Shown here piece after piece: positions 8,584 through 19,200 of a stretch of DNA of 64,000 bases. The notes under the pieces are model-generated. The model was not told the origin of the DNA. It did no database searches and saw only the letters and a list, made by a program, of their open reading frames with translations. Source of the stretch: an uncultured Rickettsiales bacterium (GTDB lineage: Bacteria > Pseudomonadota > Alphaproteobacteria > Rickettsiales > SXRF01); NCBI GenBank assembly GCA_964518725.1, contig CAZFKP010000015.1, forward strand, positions 1,450 to 65,449, written 5' to 3'. Position numbers and translations under genes: made by a program. The first letter of the stretch is position 1. Each line of letters begins with the position of its first letter.

Positions 8584-9951
8584 TTAGAGATACCCCTTCA
8601 CCGCCCGGCTTGCAACTATTTTCCCGTTTTCGGCGAAGGCCTCGTGGTTTTCATCAATCTCATCGAGCTTGTAATAATAGTTGGCCATCATGCCTGCCGA
8701 CTGTTTCAACCCCTTGGCGGAGGTGTCACCCAGCCAGTTGAGCCGCTCCAGCCGCGCCCCGTTGAACAGGTGGAAATTGGCGACCGGGTCGAGCGGGCGG
8801 CTGTGCTTCTTTTCTTTGAGCAGGTAATGGGCGCAGAGCTTGATCAACAGAGGCTTTAGCTTCTCAGCCTGTTTTGCATCCTTGTGCCAGTCCCCATCCA
8901 GCTGTTTGAGCTTCGCCACATCTTCTTTGCCCAGAAGGTCGGAGGCGCCTTTTTCGATCAGCGGGTCGAGCCATGCGCGGAACCCCGGCACCGGCGAGAG
9001 GGTGGCGTAGGTTTTGATATTTTTCATTTCACTTGAGAGTTTTTCCACCACCCGCTTAATCAGGAAGTTGCCGAAGCTGATGCCGGAGAGCCCCTTTTGC
9101 GCGTTGGAAATGGAATAGAAAATGGCCGTATCGGCTTCGCTGATATCGCCGGTGGCGGCTTTCTCGTCGAGCAGTTTCTGCACATTGTCGCTCATGCCGG
9201 AGACGAGTGCGACGTGCACAAAAATTAGCGGCTCGGCAGGCATTTTGTGATGGAAGAAAGCGAACACGCGGCGATCGGCATCGAGGCGATTTTTCAAATC
9301 CTCCCACGACGATACGCGGTGCACCGCCTCATACTCGATCAGTTTTTCCAGAATCGCCGCAGGTGAATCCCATGAAATTTCCACCAGGTCGAGCAGCGCC
9401 ACATCGAACCAGCTTGAAAGTATTTGTTTCAGGTCGAATTCCAGCGCTTTGAGCTTCGCATCATTGCCGATGATCGGCAGTAAATCGGCACGCATATTGA
9501 CGAGGAATTTAAACCCATCCGGCAGCGCGGTGAACTGGCGGAGAATGGTACTGCGCGGTGTAGCCAGTGCTTCGCGCATTCCGATTTCCAGCGCCAGCTT
9601 CTCATCGGGCTTGGCGTTGGCGTAGTCCTGCGTGAGTTTGGTGAGTTTTTCGTGGTTCACATCAAAATCACCTGCCAGCATGGCCAGGAATTTCTTTCGC
9701 CCGGCCTCGTTCAATCCCAGGTAAATGCGGCCAAGCTCGGCGGTGTTGGCGCGTGCCGTCACCTCGCCGCCCGGCGAATCAAGGCAGAGCATCATCCGCT
9801 TGCGAAGCTCATCCTCATCTTCTTTCGGCAGGTTCGGGCGAATCTCGCTGGAAAAGACGTGAAACGCTGTGCCTTTCACCTCTTGCCAGGTGCGAAGCAG
9901 GCTCGCAACGGTTTTGCGGCGGAGATGGGTGATGCTGGATGATTCACTCAT
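8584..9951 (-). CDS. Malonyl-CoA decarboxylase family protein
   Basis: 455 aa with the motifs LIFVHVAL, IFYSISNAQKGLSGISFGNFLIKRVV and TLSPVPGFRAWL, characteristic of the MCD family. Confidence 0.75.
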   Translation of the reverse strand: MSESSSITHLRRKTVASLLRTWQEVKGTAFHVFSSEIRPNLPKEDEDELRKRMMLCLDSPGGEVTARANTAELGRIYLGLNEAGRKKFLAMLAGDFDVNHEKLTKLTQDYANAKPDEKLALEIGMREALATPRSTILRQFTALPDGFKFLVNMRADLLPIIGNDAKLKALEFDLKQILSSWFDVALLDLVEISWDSPAAILEKLIEYEAVHRVSSWEDLKNRLDADRRVFAFFHHKMPAEPLIFVHVALVSGMSDNVQKLLDEKAATGDISEADTAIFYSISNAQKGLSGISFGNFLIKRVVEKLSSEMKNIKTYATLSPVPGFRAWLDPLIEKGASDLLGKEDVAKLKQLDGDWHKDAKQAEKLKPLLIKLCAHYLLKEKKHSRPLDPVANFHLFNGARLERLNWLGDTSAKGLKQSAGMMANYYYKLDEIDENHEAFAENGKIVASRAVKGYL

Positions 9952-10074
9952 ACCTTACTCATACGCAAAGATATGTGCGACGTCATTGGATTTTTTTGCA
10001 TGGGCAGCCTGCGCTAACGGGTGGGCGGCAACGGCGTTTCCGGATCAGCCGATGGGCGGAGGTGCGCCCGTGCA

Positions 10075-10620
10075 TCATAGGCCGCAAGCCCGGTTTCCCG
10101 GAAAGTGAGTCGGATGGCGCTCAGCGCCTCGTTGATGTCCACCGACGCTCCGGTCTGGATGGAAATGCAGATATGGCGATTTTTTTTTGGGATCGTTATC
10201 TACCATGCCAAGCTCATTGACATTGACTGCTTCGATACGCGAAATCCCGGCGCGCTCCAGCGTCTCCATTTCATGTGGGTAAGGGCCTTCACCCCCGGCC
10301 TTCATGGCATTGAATTGTTTGGCAATCAGCAGGTTTTCTTCGTCGCAATCGAGCACATATTCCAGTTTGCCAGAATGATAGGCCGGATCGTCCTGTAGCA
10401 GGTTAAGGACGGAGACAATCCCGCAATTAATAATATTTTTTCCATGTTGTTTCCCAGGGGCATTGTGGCGGACGGAATGTACAAACGGCGTTGAGCAGGC
10501 GCGGATGCTGCATCCCATCATGTCGTGATCCAATGGCGTAATATTGTTGTCCACCCGCTTATCACCCCCCTGAAATTGCTTGTTGCAACAGGCTACAAGC
10601 CATAATAAAGATACACCCAT
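10075..10620 (-). CDS. Putative lipoprotein, possibly a transglutaminase-like Cys peptidase (BTLCP/LapG-like); the frame appears broken at an A9 run
   Basis: Lipobox LLWLVAC. The segment LDCDEENLLIAKQF resembles the BTLCP catalytic GDCEDxAxAKxF. After the A9 run (10180..10188) an alternative frame stays open to 10014 and encodes RHICISIQTGASVDIN. Confidence 0.4.
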   Translation of the reverse strand: MGVSLLWLVACCNKQFQGGDKRVDNNITPLDHDMMGCSIRACSTPFVHSVRHNAPGKQHGKNIINCGIVSVLNLLQDDPAYHSGKLEYVLDCDEENLLIAKQFNAMKAGGEGPYPHEMETLERAGISRIEAVNVNELGMVDNDPKKKSPYLHFHPDRSVGGHQRGAERHPTHFPGNRACGL

Positions 10621-10728
10621 AATCTTGTTAATCTGTTAATATATCAGCCTAAAACGCCTGTTTTCTGGCTGAAATTGGCAAATAATCCCCCGTGAAGCTG
10701 GGTTTTAATCGCCAACCAATGAGGTGCA

Positions 10729-11748
10729 GTGAAGCGTCTTTATCTCCATATCGGTACAGAAAAAACCGGCACGACCAGCCTGCAAAATTTTCTGTTGGCC
10801 AATGAAAATGCGCTCAACGAGGTCGGTTTTTCCTATTTATGCGGGGATGACAAACCTTATTTTTACCAGTTGACCCATTTGCCGCTCATCGCATCCCTGC
10901 TCGGCGTTAAAAACTCGCATTTTCCCGAGCAGCGCCATCCTGCTGAAACCATACTGCAATGCCTGAAGGATGATCTGGCGGCAAGCGACAAGGATATCAT
11001 CCTGTCGTCCGAAGAATTTTCCACCCGTATTCATGACAAACAATCGCTTGCCAAATTACGCGAGGTCGCGGGGGAACGTGAGGTTTATATCGTATGTTAC
11101 ATACGCCCTCAGGATGAGCTGGCGATTTCTTCCTATAGCACCAACGTGCTCTATGGCCGCACGGCGCCATTCAGCTCCGATGATGTCGTTTTCGAAAACC
11201 GCTATTTCAACTATGCCGCCTTGCTGGGGCCATGGGCCTCAATGTTTGGCTCGGACAGGTTGATCGTTCGGAATTATCAGCGTTCCGCGCTGGTCAAAGG
11301 CGATATATGCCAAGATTTTCTGGGCGTATTGGGTATCGAGGATATGACGGCGTTTGCTCCCGTTTGTGAGTGGAACGCCTCTCTCGATGTGCGGCAAGTG
11401 GAGGTGTTGAGGCTATTCAACATGTATATGCCCCCCACTTCAAGCCCGTCCGCCTACAAAGAAGCGCAAAATATGCGCCTCTGTCTGTCACGTTACTTGC
11501 CACGGGGAGAGCCTTTGCAGCAAATCCTCTCAACCGAGGAACGCAAAGCCATCCTCGCCGAATTTGTGGAGGCCAACCGGGAGGTGGAGCGCCGTTATAT
11601 GACTCCCGGCGCTCTGGCCGGCTGGAACGGCGAATCCGTGCTCGGCCTGCCGAGTCAGCCTCTCCATCCCGTAGATATGAATGATCTGTGCGAGACGATC
11701 AAGCTGCTGACGGAAAAGCTCATGGCGCTCGAAAATTCTAAAGAGTAA
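10729..11748 (+). CDS. Sulfotransferase-family-like protein
   Basis: GTG start. The N-terminal HIGTEKTGTTSLQNFL resembles the PAPS 5'-phosphosulfate-binding loop (PKxGTT). No other domain recognised. Confidence 0.4.
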   Translation: MKRLYLHIGTEKTGTTSLQNFLLANENALNEVGFSYLCGDDKPYFYQLTHLPLIASLLGVKNSHFPEQRHPAETILQCLKDDLAASDKDIILSSEEFSTRIHDKQSLAKLREVAGEREVYIVCYIRPQDELAISSYSTNVLYGRTAPFSSDDVVFENRYFNYAALLGPWASMFGSDRLIVRNYQRSALVKGDICQDFLGVLGIEDMTAFAPVCEWNASLDVRQVEVLRLFNMYMPPTSSPSAYKEAQNMRLCLSRYLPRGEPLQQILSTEERKAILAEFVEANREVERRYMTPGALAGWNGESVLGLPSQPLHPVDMNDLCETIKLLTEKLMALENSKE

Positions 11749-11833
11749 CCACGCCGCCCTATCCGCTTAATTGCTCGACAAAACAGCTCTTATCCCATAA
11801 AAAGCGTATTCACTTTAATCCCAAGGTTTTTCT

Positions 11834-13042
11834 ATGTCGCAAAAAATTAAAAAAGTCGTGCTCGCCTATTCGGGCGGCCTTGATACTTCCATCATCCTAC
11901 GCTGGCTGCAGGAGCAGTATGGCTGCGAAGTCGTGACCTTCACCGCCGACCTCGGCCAGGGCGAGGAAATTGAACCCGCTCGCGCCAAAGCCAAGATGAT
12001 GGGCGCGAAGGAAATCTATATCGAAGACCTGCGCGAGGAATTCGTGCGCGATTTCGTGTTCCCGATGTTTCGCGCCAATGCGCTGTATGAAGGTGTGTAT
12101 TTGCTCGGCACGTCGATCGCCCGCCCGCTCATTTCCAAACGCCAGATCGAGATTGCGAAAGAAACCGGCGCCGATGCGGTCGCCCACGGCGCCACCGGCA
12201 AAGGCAACGACCAGGTGCGGTTCGAGCTCGGCTATTATGGCCTGAATCCTGATATTAAAGTGATCGCCCCGTGGCGCGAATGGGATTTGACCTCGCGCAC
12301 GAAACTCATCGAATATGCCGAGAAGCACCAGATTCCGATCGCGAAAGACAAGCGCGGCGAAGCCCCCTACTCTACCGACGCGAACCTGTTGCATATTTCC
12401 TACGAAGGCAAGGTGCTGGAAGATCCGTGGGTGGCGCCGCATGAGGATATGTTCACGCGTTCGGTATCGCCGGAAAAGGCGCCCGATAAGCCTGAATTCA
12501 TCGAAGTAGAATTTAAGAATGGCGATGCAGTAGGCGTGAATGGCGAAAAACTTTCCCCTGCCATGCTACTCACCAAACTCAACGAACTCGGTGGCAAGCA
12601 CGGCATTGGGCGGCTCGACCTGGTTGAAAACCGCTATGTCGGCATGAAATCGCGTGGCGTATACGAAACGCCCGGCGGCACAATTTTACTCGCGGCCCAT
12701 CGCGGTATTGAAAGTATTACGTTAGACCGTGGCGCCATGCATCTGAAAGACGAGATGATGCCGCGCTACGCCGAGCTGATTTATAACGGCTATTGGTGGT
12801 CGCCGGAGCGCAAAATGCTGCAGGCGCTTATCGACGAATCGCAACGCAATGTCGAGGGCATCGTGCGGCTGAAACTGTTTAAAGGCAGCGTGAGTGTCGA
12901 TGGCCGTAAATCCACCAAATCGCTCTATTCCGAAAAACACGTGACCTTTGAGGACGACGCAGGCGCCTACGACCAGAAAGACGCGGCTGGATTCATCAAG
13001 CTCAACGCGCTCCGGCTACGGCTTTTGGGGCGGCAGGGTTAA
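11834..13042 (+). CDS. argG: Argininosuccinate synthase
   Basis: 402 aa, [18 protein letters not shown]..., with a type-1 ArgG body. Confidence 0.95.
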   Translation: MSQKIKKVVLAYSGGLDTSIILRWLQEQYGCEVVTFTADLGQGEEIEPARAKAKMMGAKEIYIEDLREEFVRDFVFPMFRANALYEGVYLLGTSIARPLISKRQIEIAKETGADAVAHGATGKGNDQVRFELGYYGLNPDIKVIAPWREWDLTSRTKLIEYAEKHQIPIAKDKRGEAPYSTDANLLHISYEGKVLEDPWVAPHEDMFTRSVSPEKAPDKPEFIEVEFKNGDAVGVNGEKLSPAMLLTKLNELGGKHGIGRLDLVENRYVGMKSRGVYETPGGTILLAAHRGIESITLDRGAMHLKDEMMPRYAELIYNGYWWSPERKMLQALIDESQRNVEGIVRLKLFKGSVSVDGRKSTKSLYSEKHVTFEDDAGAYDQKDAAGFIKLNALRLRLLGRQG

Positions 13043-14609
13043 ACACCATCCCCCAGTAATCCATCCCCAGCCGTAGGATAAAATCGCCTTTGGGGATGTT
13101 GAGTAACATCCGCCCGCTGATCGGCTCGACGGTGATGGCCAGCGGCGCTTTATTCAGCGTCGCCTGCCAGATGGGGTAATAGAAATGTTCCAGCCGCAGC
13201 GTGCCCGCCTTATCGGCATGGCCGGAAACAATAATCCCCGCCGCATTCCATTGCGCCACGTTGAGCGCACCGCTTCCCGCCACCCACTCAGCTTGCCGGC
13301 GCCCCGGCCTGTCGATAAAATCATGGTAGAAATGTTGTTTATCGGTGCCGTATTTCGTGTCGGTGTCTTTGGTGTTAAAGTAACGGATGATGTACTGGTC
13401 GGCGATGGCTTTCTCGTGATTCCCACGCGTATCCTGCGATACGCCGCCATAATAAAACAGCCCGGAAAATACAAAAAACATCAGCGCGATCAACGCATCG
13501 CCCTGCGCGGTTTTCCGGTGCCGCCAGACATGCTCGGCCATCACCGCGCCGATCAACACCATCGCCAGCGCAATCAGCGACGGCATCCGCCACGGCGTCG
13601 TGACCCCGGAAACCTGCCTCACCACCCACCAGAGCGGCTCGCTCACCGATAGCGTCATGAATCCGGCGATGGCGGCAATCGCAAGCCATCCCATGCATTC
13701 GCGCCGCGCATCGGTATCTGTAATTGTTCCGCGCTTGAATAAAAACAATGCGAATATTGTGATAGCGGCCAGCAGGCTGATGCCAAGGCCGATCAGCGCC
13801 CACTGGTGGTCACGGTAAACTTGCGGCTGGTTGAGATAGCTGTTGACCCAGCTTAATTGCCAGTGCGCGGGTCCGCCCATGCGCTGGTTGAGTGTCGGCT
13901 CCAGAAGCTTCATCGGCAGGTAATGGAACAGCCCGATCATCGCCGCCAGCGCGCACGCAATGCCAAGTTCAAGCAAGCTCTTCATTCGCGTGCGACTGAA
14001 GAACAGGACAAATAATCCGGCGCCCATCAGCCCGATCAGCGTCACCGGCGCATGACAGAACATGCACAGCGTAATCACAAGTGCTAGCTTTGGCCAGTGC
14101 CGCCATGGCTGTTCGCAGAGCTGGCGCAGGTAATAAAATAGCAACGGCAGCAGCGCGACACAACAATATTCAGCGTAGGAACTGCGGGTGTGCAGTTCGG
14201 CACGGTAGCCCGACCACAAAAACACGAATGCTGCAAACGCGGCAATCGGAAAACGCACCCGCCCGCCAAGCCACCGCACGCATCCCGCAAACGCTACCGC
14301 GTTGGCAACAAAAACACCCGCGAGATATTGCTGCGGCACGGCGAGGCCAAGCGGGTGGAAAAGCGCCGCGACATAAAACGGCAACGGAAAATAAAAAATC
14401 GGCGCGGGCGAACCCATGCCGCCATTAGCATCCATGCACCAGCGCGGATAAACGATACCCGACCACAGCTGTTTTGAAAAACAATCAATCTGCGCGTAAT
14501 TCATCACCGAGTCGCCCTCCGGTGACACCAGCAATAACGGCAGGAGGTTGAGTGCTGCGGCCAGTAGCGCAAGCCATGCCAGCCACGTCGATTGGCCAGC
14601 GCGCAACAT
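13002..14609 (-). CDS. Polytopic membrane protein, PTPS-related/GT-C-like (putative glycosyltransferase)
   Basis: Many TM helices. The segment [32 protein letters not shown] matches the pattern of the PTPS-related membrane-protein family. Probable start is M35 of the track ORF, overlapping the metC stop as TGATG. Confidence 0.4.
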   Translation of the reverse strand: MLRAGQSTWLAWLALLAAALNLLPLLLVSPEGDSVMNYAQIDCFSKQLWSGIVYPRWCMDANGGMGSPAPIFYFPLPFYVAALFHPLGLAVPQQYLAGVFVANAVAFAGCVRWLGGRVRFPIAAFAAFVFLWSGYRAELHTRSSYAEYCCVALLPLLFYYLRQLCEQPWRHWPKLALVITLCMFCHAPVTLIGLMGAGLFVLFFSRTRMKSLLELGIACALAAMIGLFHYLPMKLLEPTLNQRMGGPAHWQLSWVNSYLNQPQVYRDHQWALIGLGISLLAAITIFALFLFKRGTITDTDARRECMGWLAIAAIAGFMTLSVSEPLWWVVRQVSGVTTPWRMPSLIALAMVLIGAVMAEHVWRHRKTAQGDALIALMFFVFSGLFYYGGVSQDTRGNHEKAIADQYIIRYFNTKDTDTKYGTDKQHFYHDFIDRPGRRQAEWVAGSGALNVAQWNAAGIIVSGHADKAGTLRLEHFYYPIWQATLNKAPLAITVEPISGRMLLNIPKGDFILRLGMDYWGMVFNPAAPKAVAGAR

Positions 14610-15775
14610 CAGGCGGAAAGCCTTGTCAGCCCGGCTTCCAGATCGGCGATGATGTCGTCTACATGCTCCAGCCCGACATGGATGCGGATCAGCGTGCCGG
14701 GGTATTTCCACGTGGTCGCAGTGCGCGATTTCTCGATCTGCACCGGCACCATCAGGCTTTCATAGCCGCCCCAGCTATAGCCCATGCCGAAAATCTCCAT
14801 GCTATCGAACATTGCCGCGATCTTACGGTCGTTGGTTTCTGTGAGCACGAAACCGAACAGGCTCGACGCGCCGAGGAAATCGCGTTTCCAGATGTCATGC
14901 CCCGGTGCGCCGGGCAACGCCGGATACAGCACCTCATGCACTTCCGGGCGGGTTTTCAGCCACTGCGCCACTTTCATGGCGTTCTCATAGTGGCGCGACA
15001 GGCGCACGGCCAGTGAGCGCAGGCCGCGCAGCGCCAGGAAGCAATTATCGCCTGACGGCGTCATGCCGAGGTTTTTATAAGTCTGGGCAATGCGCTTATA
15101 GTGTTCGCCGTTGCAGGTAATCACGCCCATGACCAGATCCGAGTGGCCGGAAATATATTTGGTGGCTGACTGGATATTGATATCGACACCCTTCTCGAAC
15201 GCCCGGAAATAGAGCGACGCGCCCCACGTGGAATCGGACACCAGCAGCACGTTTTTCGCATGTGCCGCCTTGGCAATCGCCGGGATATCCTGCATCTCGA
15301 ACGAGAGCGAGCCGGGGCTTTCAACAAATACCATGCGCGTATTATCCTTGATAAGCGCGTCAATCTTTGCCCCCACCAGCGGGTCGTAATATTCCACCTG
15401 CACGCCGAGCCGCGACAAATCCATATCGCAGAAACGCCGCGTCGATCCATAGACGTTATCGGGAATCAGCACATGGTCGCCCGCCCGCAAATAGGCGAGC
15501 AGTACCACCACAATCGCCGCTAAACCTGAGGAGGTGACAATCGCTTTCTCAGCATTATCCACCTCAGCCAGCGCTTCCTCCAGCGCCATGGTTGACGGTG
15601 TGCCGTAACGCCCGTAAATCGGGGTCGGCCAGACGCCGTTATCGGCGGCCATGAAGGAATCATAGGTCGGGAACAAAATGGTTGAGGCGCGGTAAATCGG
15701 CAGGTTCACCACGCCATGGTGATCTTCCGGCGAGGAGCCAAGCGTAGCCAGCAATGTTTCTTTTTTCATGGTCAT
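14609..15775 (-). CDS. metC: Cystathionine beta-lyase (PLP-dependent)
   Basis: 388 aa with the PLP-lysine motif SATKYISGHSD and a Cys/Met-metabolism PLP enzyme body. Confidence 0.8.
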   Translation of the reverse strand: MTMKKETLLATLGSSPEDHHGVVNLPIYRASTILFPTYDSFMAADNGVWPTPIYGRYGTPSTMALEEALAEVDNAEKAIVTSSGLAAIVVVLLAYLRAGDHVLIPDNVYGSTRRFCDMDLSRLGVQVEYYDPLVGAKIDALIKDNTRMVFVESPGSLSFEMQDIPAIAKAAHAKNVLLVSDSTWGASLYFRAFEKGVDINIQSATKYISGHSDLVMGVITCNGEHYKRIAQTYKNLGMTPSGDNCFLALRGLRSLAVRLSRHYENAMKVAQWLKTRPEVHEVLYPALPGAPGHDIWKRDFLGASSLFGFVLTETNDRKIAAMFDSMEIFGMGYSWGGYESLMVPVQIEKSRTATTWKYPGTLIRIHVGLEHVDDIIADLEAGLTRLSA

Positions 15776-15780
15776 TCTTC

Positions 15781-16218
15781 CTAAAACTCTCTCCCCGAAT
15801 ATCCGACAACAATATGGGTAATACCTTTCGCCTCATTGCCGAACGGCATGAAGCATGCGCGGTACTTTACCAGCTTCCCGCGCCCATTTACAAACTGGTT
15901 CTCATCAATCATGAATGTTTTTTCCAACATGATGCCGTCGAGCTTCTTGATCATGATGTTGAGCGGGTATTCGCTCACATGCACGTTCACCATCTGACTC
16001 GTCAGGTCGCGCCCATACATTTTGATGAGCTGCTCGCCCATGAACAGGTAATTATAGCTATAGCCGCCCTGCGTGTGGAAGGTGCCGAACTTAATGCATT
16101 GCTGCCACATATCGTCAATGGTCGCAGGGTTAAGCTGCTGAATCTCCGGCATTGGCTTACCCCGGCGGATAAGCTCCCAGTAGTTTTGCAGCCGGGTGAC
16201 GAGGCGCTGATCTTGCAT
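15781..16218 (-). CDS. PAS_5 (DUF1457-like) PAS domain protein
   Basis: LQNYWELIRRGKPMPEIQQLNPATI...KYRACFMPF matches a pattern common in alphaproteobacterial stand-alone PAS proteins. Start taken at M18 of the track ORF to avoid overlap with ileS. Confidence 0.55.
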   Translation of the reverse strand: MQDQRLVTRLQNYWELIRRGKPMPEIQQLNPATIDDMWQQCIKFGTFHTQGGYSYNYLFMGEQLIKMYGRDLTSQMVNVHVSEYPLNIMIKKLDGIMLEKTFMIDENQFVNGRGKLVKYRACFMPFGNEAKGITHIVVGYSGREF

Positions 16219-16294
16219 AAATGCTTGAGTTTCTATGATTAAAGAAGTAAACAACTCCTCCTTTAACAATAATATAGTTGCCCTGTCCAGACTT

Positions 16295-19200
16295 ATGAAA
16301 CACTACCCAGAACCACAGCAAAACCCCGATTTCCCGGCCATTGAAAAAAACATCCTCGATTTCTGGCAGCGTGATGGCATTTTCCAGAAGTCCCTCGACC
16401 AGCGCGGAAGCGAGTTCGTGTTCTACGATGGTCCGCCGTTTGCCAACGGCCTGCCGCATTACGGCCATTTGCTCACCGGCTATGTCAAAGACGTATTCGC
16501 CCGCTATCAAACCATGCGCGGCAAAAAAGTCGACCGCCGCTTCGGATGGGATTGCCACGGCCTGCCCGCCGAAATGGGCAGCGAGAAAGAGCTGGGCATT
16601 TCAGGCCGCGCCGCCATCACCAATTTCGGTATCGGTAAATTCAACGAGCATTGTCGCACCAGCGTGATGAAATACACACAGGAATGGGAACATTACGTGA
16701 CCCGTCAGGCACGCTGGGTGGATTTCAAAAACGATTACAAAACCATGGATAGAAATTTCATGGAATCCGTCCTCTGGGCGTTCAAACAGCTGTGGGACAA
16801 AGGCCTCGTCTATGAAGCCTACCGCGTGATGCCCTATTCATGGGCGGCGGAGACGCCGCTTTCGAATTTTGAGACCAAACTCGATAATTCCTACCGTGAG
16901 CGGGAGGATAAGGCGATTACGGTAGCGTTTGAGCTGAAGGAAAAACCAAAAGGCGCGCCGGATGCAGAAAAATATTATGTTCTCGCCTGGACGACCACTC
17001 CTTGGACATTGCCGAGCAATCTGGCGTTGGCGGTGGGGAAGGATGTAAAATATTTGTCTGCTATAGGTGCGGATGGGAATTGCTACATTTTTTCTTCTAA
17101 AGCATTTAGTTCTGTTGGTTCTGTTTTAAATTTATCAGCCAAAGTCTTATTTAGTAATGGCGCATCTATTGTAGCTGCGGACGGGAAAGTTATTGCTGCT
17201 TCTGTTATGAACAGTCCTGAAGCTGTACTGACAGAGAGCTATGAAAATCTCTGGGAGATAGAAGTCAATAATCTGATCGGCCTCTCCTATCACCCCCTCT
17301 TCCCCTATTTCGCTTCCCACAAGCACTCTTTCAAGATTCTCGACGGCTCGTCATTCGTCACCGATGGCGATGGTACGGGCATTGTGCATATGGCGCCGGG
17401 CTTCGGTGAGGAAGATCAGAAATGCTGCGAAGCAAATGGCATCGAAGTGGTTGTGCCTGTGGATGGGCAGGGGAAATATGTGGGACTAGAACAAGAACCA
17501 TCTTTTGGTTTTGATGGCGGTCATTTTGACAAAAATAGCTTTTACGTAAACCCAAATAGAATTTACAATATCTCCGACTATAATCACCCTGATCTTCCGC
17601 CCCTAAATTTAGTAGGTCTCAACGTCATTGCCGATAAACGTATAGAAGATAGCGATATTGCTGACTTAGACCCACGCAAAGTAGATAAATTCAAAGAGCA
17701 TGTAGGTAAATTTGGCCTTGCAAACATGCGCATCATTCGCTGGCTGGACAAAAAGAAGGCGCTGATAAAAGAAGAGGTGATTTCTCACAACTACCCGCAT
17801 TGCTGGCGCACCGACCAGCCGCTGATTTACCGGGCGATGCCTTCTTGGTATGTCGAGGTGACGAAATTCCGCGACCGCGCGGTGGAGCTGAACAAACAAA
17901 TCAACTGGATTCCCGAGCATATCCGCGACGGGCAGATGGCGCATATGCTCGCCACCGCACCGGATTGGAGCATCTCGCGCAACCGCTTCTGGGGTACACC
18001 GATTCCGGTATGGCGCGCGCCAAGCGGCAAGATGATTGCGATTGGCAGTATCAAAGAATTAGAAGAACTTTCTGGCCGCAAAGTTGTTGATCTGCACCGT
18101 CCTGTGATCGATGAAATTAAAATTACCAAAGATGGCGAAACCTACACCCGCGTGGAAGACGTGTTCGATTGCTGGTTTGAATCTGGCAGCATGCCGTTCG
18201 CGCAGGTGCACTACCCGTTCGAGAATAAGGAATGGTTTGAGACGCATTTTCCCGCCGATTTCATCACCGAATATGTCGGCCAGACGCGCGGCTGGTTCAA
18301 CACGCTTATCATGCTGAGCACGGCATTATTCGACAAGCCCCCCTTCAAGAACTGCATTTGCCACGGCGTGGTGCTCGATGCCGAAACGGGTCTCAAATAT
18401 TCTAAACGCCTTAAAAATTACAAAGACCCGCTCGAGGTCATCGAGGTATACGGCGCCGATGCGCTGCGCTGGATGATGCTGGCAAGCCCCGTGATGCGCG
18501 GCTCCGACCTGATGGTCGACCCCGACGGCAAATTCATCCGTGACGTCGTGCGCCTCGCCATCAAACCGATCTGGAACGCGTATAATTTCTTCACGCTCTA
18601 TGCGAATGCAGATGGGATTAAAGCGAAGGAAATTGTCACTTCCAATGATGTGATGGATCGCTACATCCGCGCTAAATGTGCGGATGCCGTGGTGAAAATC
18701 GAAGTGGCACTGGATGATTATAACACGCCTGCTGCATGTGACGCGGTGATGATGTTTTTTGAAGTCCTCAACAACTGGTATATCCGCCGCAGCAAGGAGC
18801 GTTTCTGGAAAGAGACCGCTGATGCCGACAAGCAGGCGGCGTATGACACGCTCTATACGGTGCTCGTTGCCATGTGCAAAGCCGCGGCTCCTCTCCTGCC
18901 GCTGACGCTGGAAGAAATTTACAAGAGCCTGACCGGCGAGCTAAGCGTGCATCTGGCGGAGTTTCCTGTTGAGGAAGCTATTGACCCGGATGATGCAGAT
19001 GGCCAGTTGCTGATATGGCAAATGGACGATATACAAAATGTCTGCAATGCGGCGCTTGCCATTAGAAATAGAATCAATATCCGTGTACGTCAGCCACTGG
19101 CTTCAATCACCGTGGTGGGCAGCAAAAATATTGATGGTAAATGGAAATCATTGGTGCAGGACGAAATCAATGTGAAAGATATGATCTGCGAAGATAATAT

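Noticed and set aside
13002-13042. There are convergent gene overlaps and abutments. argG and the membrane protein overlap by 41 nt. gapR and the GT2 gene overlap by 64 nt at 41306..41369. ccmI and hfq stop codons abut at 8291/8292. DAHP synthase and the response regulator are separated by 1 nt at 40245/40247.
   Set aside because: These are real in the sequence, but they most simply reflect compact gene packing and late stop codons in low-constraint C-terminal tails. No evidence of function can be drawn from the sequence alone.
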